From positions 11,812-75,811 of the forward strand of contig CALVYH010000005.1 in NCBI GenBank assembly GCA_944372115.1: a stretch of 64,000 nucleotides of DNA, in the 5' to 3' direction. This document shows positions 1 to 7,178 of the stretch, in pieces. A program made the position numbers and the translations under genes. Position 1 is the stretch's first letter, and every line of letters begins with the position of its first letter. The DNA comes from an uncultured Bacilli bacterium. Its GTDB lineage: Bacteria; Bacillota_I; Bacilli_A; RFN20; CAG-826. The notes beneath the pieces are model-generated. The model made no database searches. It was not told the DNA's origin and saw only the letters and a program-made list of their open reading frames with translations.

Positions 1-1
1 T

Positions 2-829
2 TATATTAACAAAGGATTTATTCGTTTTAGATTTAAAGAATTAAGATTTCATAAACACGAACTTAAAAGAATACTTCAAATTGGAATACCAAGTGGAATT
101 CATGGAGTTATCTTTTCTATTTCTAATGTTATTTTACAAACTACTGTAAATAGTTGGCCACCTGCTGTTGTTACAGCTAATACTGATGCAGCAAATATTG
201 AAAATTATACTTATACTGCAATGTATTCTATTTCTACAGCAACTCCAGCTTTTATAAGTGCTAATGTAGGTAGAGGATTTTATAAAAATATTAAAAAGAT
301 TGAAATAATTTCTCTTGTTACAGTAGTAATAGTAGGAATAGTTTTAGGATGCGCTTCACTAGCTTTTTCTCATCAATTATTACAAATTTATATGGGTGCG
401 AATTATGATAGCGAAGTAGTTAAGTATGCCATTGAAAGAATGACTGTAGTTTTACTTACATACTTTTTATGTGGATTAATGGATACTCAATGTGATATTT
501 TAAGAGGTTTAGGATATAGTTTTATTCCAACTATTTATTCTTTTGTATCTTGCTGTGTATTAAGAATTATTTGGAATTATTTTGTTTATTCTCCTATTGA
601 AGGGATGTGGAACCATTCTTTAGGTATTTTATATTTATGTTATCCAGTTTCTTGGATTATTGCTTTCCTTCTTGAATTTATTACGTTTTTCATCTTAAGA
701 AAAAGAGTAAAAGAAAAATGTGATAAAAATCTAATTGAATATAATAAAAAACATGGATTAGATAATGAAAATAATAAGTTAACTAATGAAAATAAAGAAA
801 AGTTAGTAGATTCAAAAGTAAGTATTTAG
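2..829 (+). CDS. MATE family efflux transporter, C-terminal part (5' end lies outside the window)
   Basis: The open frame runs from position 2 in frame with the 221 ORF. The product is hydrophobic and multi-helix, with MATE-like second-half motifs (ELKRILQIGIPSG, ISNVILQT, LRGLGYSFIP). The tail is K/E/N-rich. Confidence 0.7.
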   Translation, partial: YINKGFIRFRFKELRFHKHELKRILQIGIPSGIHGVIFSISNVILQTTVNSWPPAVVTANTDAANIENYTYTAMYSISTATPAFISANVGRGFYKNIKKIEIISLVTVVIVGIVLGCASLAFSHQLLQIYMGANYDSEVVKYAIERMTVVLLTYFLCGLMDTQCDILRGLGYSFIPTIYSFVSCCVLRIIWNYFVYSPIEGMWNHSLGILYLCYPVSWIIAFLLEFITFFILRKRVKEKCDKNLIEYNKKHGLDNENNKLTNENKEKLVDSKVSI

Positions 830-975
830 TAATTATCTAGTTAATAATATATAGTCATATTCCTCAACAAAATGGAAATATTATTAAATTTAGTTTAGTA
901 ATCTTTATAGATATAATTTTTTGATTTAAAATAAGTAAAGTTAATTTTGTAATTGACTAATTTTTATTATTTATT

Positions 976-2958
976 ATGAACATTTTATTTTTACTTATTT
1001 CATTAATTATTAGTGCTTTTTTCCTTTTTTTAGGTTTATTCTTTTTAAAAGTTAAATATGTTAAAAGTTTTGATGAAGATACTTTAATTTCATCAAATGA
1101 AAAGAATTATGCTTTATTTGATGTTGATAATAAATATAAAGAATATGTTAATTCTTATAAGATAATTAAAGAAGGTAATAATCGTTTTTTAGCATTAAAA
1201 TTAAAAGGTAATGTTAAATATATTAATTTTAATGTTGTATGTTATAAGAATGAAAAAGTATTAAAAATATTAAATATTAAAGATGTATTAAATAACTATA
1301 AAGAAGATTATATAGTTAAACTTCCTTTAAATGCTTCATCTTTTAAAATAGATATCATAGAAGTTAATGATATCTATTTTATAGAAAATGAAGATATTAA
1401 AAAGAGTGTTTATAAATATATTCTTTCTTCTTTATTTTTTAGTATAAGTGCTACATTAGCTTATTTTTTAATCTATTTAATTACACTTTCTTTTTCTCCT
1501 TCTTCTATATATGATTCATGGGATAAATTAATTGAGAGTGTATTTTATGTTCCTATTTTTTATATTTTAGGAGCAATATTATTTCTTTTAACATTTATTA
1601 TCTCTTTTTTAATTCTTTTCTTTTTAAATAAAGAAAAAAGATTTGCTTTTAAAGAAAACAAGAAAAAAGATGAAGAAGAAAGTAAAGAATTTAATATATA
1701 TAAATATTTAAAATTTAATGTTAAAACTAAAAAGGATAAAAAAGATAATAGTGAATATTTTATTATTAAATTAATTAAAAAAAGAGAGTTTATTAAAGGT
1801 GAAATTTTAATAAAAGCAATTGATATAAATAACGAACCTCTTTTATCTTTTCCTTATAAAATTGATAAACATTTTAAAAAGATTAACATTAAGAAAAATA
1901 AAAATATTAAAGAATTAAAGATTTCTTATAACACTCTTTATTTTAAAAAGTTTAGATATATTAATAACGAAGCAATTTATAATGAATATTTAAATAAAAA
2001 TGGTGTCAAATGTGAAACACTTCATATTAAAGGTGTTTTATATTCCATTCTTACTTTCGCGCTTATTTTTATTACCTCATTAGGAGCAAATTTTTATGCT
2101 TCTTATCAATTAAATATTTATAGAAATATCGAAAATTATTTAAATTATGAATTCATTAATGAAGAAAACGAAGAAGAAGGTATAAAAATTGTTGAATCAC
2201 CAATTAAATTTAATACTTTATATATTCCTAAAGAAATTGATGGATATAAAGTTGTTTCAATAGGAGAAGGTGCTTTTAAAAATAACGAATACATTAAAAA
2301 GGTTTATTTTTCTAATGAAATAGAAATTGAAAGTGAAGCCTTTTTAAATTGTTCTTCTTTAGAATATGTCGATTTATCTAAAGTTAACAACATTGGATTA
2401 TCTTCTTTTGAAAAAACTAGTTTAAAAGAAATTTATGTTGGCGAAAATTTAGATACAGTCAATTCGAAAGCATTTGCTGAAATTAAAACTTTAAAGAAAG
2501 TTACTTTAGATAATCCTGATTTAGCTCTTGGATTAAATGTTTTTAGAAACTCTGTTATAGACGGAGATTTAATTATTAATTACGAACCTATTGGTTTACA
2601 AAGAACCTCCTTTATAGGAATATCTTGCAATGAAGTTTATATTTATGATTATAGTAAGATTACTAAAGTAAATTATAATGTTTCATATTATTTAAAAAGA
2701 GACCATACTTATTTTTTAAGCGAATGTATCCATGATGATGTTTCTTTTATTGTTGATAAAAATGGAAAAATTATAAAAACAATGGATGTTGAAGTAAGTT
2801 CCACTTTTGAAGGAACTTGTATAGAAAAATCTTATACTGAATATTTATGTCATAGATGTGGAAATAAATATAAAGTCGAAGGTAAATTAAATTTCCAAAA
2901 TCATAACTTTGTAGATGGTTATTGTACTTGGTGTGGAAAAGCAGAAGATAGAAATTAA
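976..2958 (+). CDS. Polytopic membrane protein with a BspA-type leucine-rich repeat (LRR_5-like) ectodomain and a C-terminal CxxC...CxxC cysteine motif
   Basis: There are about 4 hydrophobic helices (aa 1-25, about 150-175, about 190-220, about 345-370). LRR_5-like repeats are visible (VVSIGEGAFKNNEYIKKVYFSNEIEIESEAFLNCSSLEYVDLS...IGLSSFEKTSLKEIYVG...VNSKAFAEIKTLKKVTL). The C-terminus reads TCIEKSYTEYLCHRCG...YCTWCGK. It is the first gene of a packed operon. Confidence 0.65.
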   Translation: MNILFLLISLIISAFFLFLGLFFLKVKYVKSFDEDTLISSNEKNYALFDVDNKYKEYVNSYKIIKEGNNRFLALKLKGNVKYINFNVVCYKNEKVLKILNIKDVLNNYKEDYIVKLPLNASSFKIDIIEVNDIYFIENEDIKKSVYKYILSSLFFSISATLAYFLIYLITLSFSPSSIYDSWDKLIESVFYVPIFYILGAILFLLTFIISFLILFFLNKEKRFAFKENKKKDEEESKEFNIYKYLKFNVKTKKDKKDNSEYFIIKLIKKREFIKGEILIKAIDINNEPLLSFPYKIDKHFKKINIKKNKNIKELKISYNTLYFKKFRYINNEAIYNEYLNKNGVKCETLHIKGVLYSILTFALIFITSLGANFYASYQLNIYRNIENYLNYEFINEENEEEGIKIVESPIKFNTLYIPKEIDGYKVVSIGEGAFKNNEYIKKVYFSNEIEIESEAFLNCSSLEYVDLSKVNNIGLSSFEKTSLKEIYVGENLDTVNSKAFAEIKTLKKVTLDNPDLALGLNVFRNSVIDGDLIINYEPIGLQRTSFIGISCNEVYIYDYSKITKVNYNVSYYLKRDHTYFLSECIHDDVSFIVDKNGKIIKTMDVEVSSTFEGTCIEKSYTEYLCHRCGNKYKVEGKLNFQNHNFVDGYCTWCGKAEDRN

Positions 2959-2971
2959 AGGAGCATTTATT

Positions 2972-4264
2972 ATGGTTTTAACTAGCACAGTGTCACAAAT
3001 TGTTCTATTAGTTGTTGCTACTATCGTTTTTTTGATATTAGCAGTTATTTCTTGTCTTATTCTTTATAAATATTTAAAAGAAAATAATACATTTATTATT
3101 AAAGGATCGAATAAAAAGAATAAAGAAATTTTAGATTTGAGTGAAGAAATCGGACGTGGAGAAGAAGCTGCTAATAATGATAGCGAAAGATTTTCTAAAC
3201 TTTTAATTTTAGATAGTAAAAAAAGAGCTCAAATTGAATATGATAATGTAGTTTCTTTAAAAACTTTTTCAGAAGATTTTAGAAATTTCTGTGCTTCAAA
3301 CTTAAAACTTTATTACACAATTGACGATATTCGCTCTTTTATTGCTAATTTAGCTACTTCAAAAATTATGATTCTTCAAGGTATGAGTGGTACTGGTAAA
3401 ACTTCTATCGCTTTAGCTTTTGAAAAATATATTAATAACGTTCTTGATCCAATTGCAATTCAACCAATGTGGAAAGAAAGAAGCGATTTAATCGGTTATT
3501 TTAATGAATTTACTAAGAAATTTAATGAAACACCTTTATTAGAAGAATTATATGACGCAACTTTTAACGATAAAATCTATATTATCGTTTTAGATGAAGT
3601 TAATATTGCTCGTGTTGAATATTATTTTGCTGAATTTTTATCTCTTTTAGAATATCCAAACATTGAACAAAGAACATTAGAAATTACTAATGATGTTTGG
3701 GATAGAGATCCTAGAAAATTACAAAAAGGGAGACTTCAAATCGGGGAGAATGTTTATTTTTTAGGAACAGCAAATAATGATGAATCTACATTTGCTATTT
3801 CTGATAAAGTTTATGATAGAGCGATGGTTTTAAATTTAGAGAAAAAAGCTGAAAGTTTTGAAGGAAATAAAGTAAATCGATGTCAAATTTCTAATACTCA
3901 ATTTTTAAAACTTGCTAATGAAGCTGAAGAATCGTTTAAAAAATCAAGTGATTATGATGAACTTCAAAACTGGATTAATAAAATTAATGAACTTATCGTC
4001 GAATCTTTTGGAATAAGTTTTGGTAATCGTATGAGCGGGCAAATATTAAGATATGTTCCAGTTTATGTTGCTTGTGGCGGAAGTAAAGAAGAAGCTTTTG
4101 ATGATTTCGTTGCAAAAAAGATTTTAAGAAAACTTGAAGGAAAGGATTTTTTAAAACTTTCAACTGCTGTAAAACCATTTATCGATAAACTTAATTTGGT
4201 TTTTGGGGTTGATTCAATGAAAAAATGTAAAGAATACGTTTCTAAATATAATATTGTTGGTTAG
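2972..4264 (+). CDS. Membrane-anchored McrB-like AAA+ (AAA_5 type) NTPase, paralog 1
   Basis: I place the start at ATG 2972, preceded by AAAGGAG at 2957-2963; the track ORF starts at 2915. There is one N-terminal TM helix (VSQIVLLVVATIVFLILAVISCLILY). Walker A is GMSGTGKT (3380-3403) and Walker B is IIVLDEVN. The segment LDEVNIARVEYYFAEFLSLLE resembles McrB DEINRAN..FGE..LLE, and FLGTANNDEST resembles McrB (I/L)GTMNTADRS. Confidence 0.7.
   Translation: MVLTSTVSQIVLLVVATIVFLILAVISCLILYKYLKENNTFIIKGSNKKNKEILDLSEEIGRGEEAANNDSERFSKLLILDSKKRAQIEYDNVVSLKTFSEDFRNFCASNLKLYYTIDDIRSFIANLATSKIMILQGMSGTGKTSIALAFEKYINNVLDPIAIQPMWKERSDLIGYFNEFTKKFNETPLLEELYDATFNDKIYIIVLDEVNIARVEYYFAEFLSLLEYPNIEQRTLEITNDVWDRDPRKLQKGRLQIGENVYFLGTANNDESTFAISDKVYDRAMVLNLEKKAESFEGNKVNRCQISNTQFLKLANEAEESFKKSSDYDELQNWINKINELIVESFGISFGNRMSGQILRYVPVYVACGGSKEEAFDDFVAKKILRKLEGKDFLKLSTAVKPFIDKLNLVFGVDSMKKCKEYVSKYNIVG
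3368..3405 (+). repeat. 38-nt stretch identical to 6264-6301 (Walker A region of the two McrB-like paralogs)
   Basis: atgattcttcaaggtatgagtggtactggtaaaacttc is present at both sites. A second identical 41-nt run (aatgtttattttttaggaacagcaaataatgatgaatctac) lies at 3749-3789 and 6645-6685. Confidence 0.9.
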
Positions 4265-4267
4265 TTT

Positions 4268-5788
4268 ATGAATAGAAGTGGTAGAAAGTATAATCAATAT
4301 AAAGGATTAAAACGATATTTAGATGTTGTTACAAAAAATCCAAAATTAGAACAACTTGGAGATTTAGTTAAAAATTCGCCATCTCTTTTTAATGAGATTA
4401 ATACTTTTGAAAACTCTATAAAAATTGAATCTGATTGGATTGAAAAAATCGAATTTTATCTTCCTTTTATTTCAAGCGCTATTTTAGAAGGAAGAAGATT
4501 TATTTTAAATACAGGCGAAACTGTTGATATTGAAAAAATTAAAAGAGTTTCTAAAGATTCTATCGTTGATTTAGCTAAACATTCAAATAACATTCGAAAA
4601 TTTAATGAAGTAAGTCAAGATGTTGAACCTAGAAAGCTTTTGATAGTTGAAAAAAATGATGATTTTGGATTGTACGAAAATAAATTTTTAGTTTATTTAC
4701 TTTTACTTTTAAAATCATTCGTTTCTATGCGTTTTGATAAAATCAAAGAAGCTCAATCAATATTAGAAATTAAAACAACCTTAAAAAATAACGTTACTAT
4801 TTTTAAAGATTCAATTAGTTATGATATTTCAATTGATGATATTAGACATACTGATTTAAAGGTCGAAGAAAACGATGTTAATAAAGATTTAATTAATAGA
4901 CTCAATGCAATTACTTCAACAATTGAACAATTTTTTAAAAGTGATTTAATTTCAATTGTTGCAAAACTTCCTTTAATTAGTGAACCAATTCAAAAAAATA
5001 ACGTCTTAAAAAATGATCCTAATTTTGTTAAATGTTATGAACTTTATGAATATTTAAAAAACTATAATAAAGATGGTTTTGAAATTGAAAAAAGTGAAAT
5101 TAAATTAGATAAATTGAGCGATTCATATATTAATTTCTTTAAATTTATTCCAACAATTTTAACTTTCCTTTCTTATTCTGAATCAAAAGATTTATTCCCA
5201 CTTTTAGAAGAAGAATATATAAATGAAAAAGAAGATATTAGAAAATTAAATCATGAAACATTAATTAATAAGATTTCTGAAATTTTTGCTAGTGAATCTT
5301 TAAATAAAGAAGAAATAACAAATATCATTCTTAAACTTGAAGATGAATTAAAGAATAAAGATGAATTATTAAATAAAACAAAAGAAGATGATTTGAATAA
5401 GTTAAATGAAGTAAAGAAAGATTTAAATAGAAAAATTGAAACATTAACTTATAACTATGAAGATTTAAATAATCGTTATGAAGAAGATACAAAACAATTA
5501 AATAATGAAGTTATAAAGTTAAAAGATGAAAAAGAAGCTTTAAAAAAAGAATATGAAGAAGAAATAAATAAACTTAAAGCAATAAATAGAGCACTTAATA
5601 TTCGTATTAATCCTGAATTTGAAAAAGAAAAGAACGATGAAGTTTATTTTAATGAACTAGAAAAGGATTTTGATGTTTTTACTAATTACTTCAAAGATAA
5701 ATGGAAAGAAGTTAAGAAAGTGATTAAAAAAGAGAAGAAAAAAGAAATTCGTGAATTATTAAAAAAGAAGGAGAAGTTAAATGGTTAA
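4268..5788 (+). CDS. Coiled-coil protein with a McrC/DUF2357-like N-terminal region and no recognisable nuclease domain
   Basis: It lies between the two McrB-like genes, 3 nt after one and overlapping the next by 8 nt. The motif EPRKLLIVEKNDDFGLYENKFLVYLLLLL resembles the (D/T)x(Y)ENRFLK signature of McrC/DUF2357 partners. The C-terminal 190 aa or so is a K/E/N/L heptad-like coiled coil (LEDELKNKDELLNKTKEDDLNKLNEVKKDLNRKIETL...). No PD-(D/E)xK-like block was seen by eye. Confidence 0.45.
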   Translation: MNRSGRKYNQYKGLKRYLDVVTKNPKLEQLGDLVKNSPSLFNEINTFENSIKIESDWIEKIEFYLPFISSAILEGRRFILNTGETVDIEKIKRVSKDSIVDLAKHSNNIRKFNEVSQDVEPRKLLIVEKNDDFGLYENKFLVYLLLLLKSFVSMRFDKIKEAQSILEIKTTLKNNVTIFKDSISYDISIDDIRHTDLKVEENDVNKDLINRLNAITSTIEQFFKSDLISIVAKLPLISEPIQKNNVLKNDPNFVKCYELYEYLKNYNKDGFEIEKSEIKLDKLSDSYINFFKFIPTILTFLSYSESKDLFPLLEEEYINEKEDIRKLNHETLINKISEIFASESLNKEEITNIILKLEDELKNKDELLNKTKEDDLNKLNEVKKDLNRKIETLTYNYEDLNNRYEEDTKQLNNEVIKLKDEKEALKKEYEEEINKLKAINRALNIRINPEFEKEKNDEVYFNELEKDFDVFTNYFKDKWKEVKKVIKKEKKKEIRELLKKKEKLNG

Positions 5789-7157
5789 TAGAAAATTAAT
5801 CGATCAAATTTGTGCTATATTGATGGTCGTTGATTTAATTCTTGGACTATTCTTTTTATCATTCCTTTTAGCATTTACTTTAAGCGATGGAGGAGGTTTT
5901 ATTTTAACTAATCCTTTAGTTTATATAGTAATTGTTATGCTTTTTATTATTCCTTCTTGTTATGTTGTTTATTATCTTTTTACTTTAAAAAGCGATGCTG
6001 AAGAAGAGTTTATTTTTAACAGAGAATCTTATTTGAAGGTTAAAAATTTAACTCATAAAGACAGTGAAGATAAAAATGCATACCGTTTTTCTAAACTTTA
6101 TGATTTAGATAATGAAAAAAGAGAAGAAATTGTTTTTGATAAAATTACTTCTTTAAGCACTTTTTGTAATGAATTTAGATATTATTGTGCTGAAAAGTTA
6201 AATTTATATTATGATATCGAAGACATTAGAGCGTTTATATCAAATTTAGGTGTTTCTAAACTTATGATTCTTCAAGGTATGAGTGGTACTGGTAAAACTT
6301 CAATCGCTTTAGCTTTTGAAAAATTTATTGGTAATGTTTTAGAACCAGTGGCTATTCAACCAATGTGGAAAGAAAGAAGTGATTTAGTTGGATATTTTAA
6401 TGAATTTACTAAGAAATTTAACGAAACTTTGCTTTTAGAAGAATTATATAAATCTAATTTCGACGATAAGATTTATATAATTATTTTAGACGAAGTTAAT
6501 ATTGCTAGAATTGAATATTATTTTGCTGAATTTCTTTCTCTTTTAGAATATCCAGATGAAGATAGAAGAAAACTTGAAATTACAAATGATGTTTGGATCA
6601 ATGACCCAAGAATGTTAAAAGAAGGCAAATTATTAATTAAAGATAATGTTTATTTTTTAGGAACAGCAAATAATGATGAATCTACCTTTGCTATTTCAGA
6701 TAAAGTTTATGACCGTTCAATGGTTTTAAATTTAAATAAAAAAGCCACACCATTTAAGGGAGAAAAAGTTAAAGAAAGAAAGATTTCTAACACTGATTTT
6801 AAAAATATTTGTGATGAAAAAATAAAAGAATTTACCGTAAGTGATGATTATAAAGTTGTAATGAAGTGGATTAATATTATTGATGAGTTATTAAATCAAA
6901 ATTTCTCAATTAATTTTGGTAATCGTATGTTAAATCAAATTTTAAAATATGTTCCATTATATGTTGAATGCGGAGGAAGTAAAGAAGAAGCTTTTGATGA
7001 TTTTGTTTCTAAAAAGATTTTAAGAAAATTAGAATCAAAAGATTTTTTAAGACTTGGACCTGCAATTAATAAATTTTTAAATGAATTAGATGAATATTAT
7101 GGTAAAGACTCAATGCCTTTATCTAGAGAATATTTGAAGAAATTTGTTCAATTTTAA
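5781..7157 (+). CDS. Membrane-anchored McrB-like AAA+ (AAA_5 type) NTPase, paralog 2
   Basis: There are two N-terminal TM helices (ICAILMVVDLILGLFFLSFLLAF and LVYIVIVMLFIIPSCYVVYYLF). Walker A is GMSGTGKT (6276-6299) and Walker B is IIILDEVN, followed by FLGTANNDEST. By eye, roughly two-thirds to three-quarters of residues match 2972-4264 over the ATPase region. Confidence 0.7.
   Translation: MVNRKLIDQICAILMVVDLILGLFFLSFLLAFTLSDGGGFILTNPLVYIVIVMLFIIPSCYVVYYLFTLKSDAEEEFIFNRESYLKVKNLTHKDSEDKNAYRFSKLYDLDNEKREEIVFDKITSLSTFCNEFRYYCAEKLNLYYDIEDIRAFISNLGVSKLMILQGMSGTGKTSIALAFEKFIGNVLEPVAIQPMWKERSDLVGYFNEFTKKFNETLLLEELYKSNFDDKIYIIILDEVNIARIEYYFAEFLSLLEYPDEDRRKLEITNDVWINDPRMLKEGKLLIKDNVYFLGTANNDESTFAISDKVYDRSMVLNLNKKATPFKGEKVKERKISNTDFKNICDEKIKEFTVSDDYKVVMKWINIIDELLNQNFSINFGNRMLNQILKYVPLYVECGGSKEEAFDDFVSKKILRKLESKDFLRLGPAINKFLNELDEYYGKDSMPLSREYLKKFVQF
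6264..6301 (+). repeat. Partner copy of the 38-nt identical stretch at 3368-3405
   Basis: Direct comparison of the two regions. Confidence 0.9.
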
Positions 7158-7178
7158 TTTTTTAGGAGGAAAAGAAAG

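Noticed and set aside
2915-2971. The track's upstream start for the first McrB-like gene, which overlaps the LRR gene end.
   Set aside because: ATG 2972 has a proper AAAGGAG RBS and starts directly at the TM helix. The upstream codons overlap the preceding gene's Cys motif.
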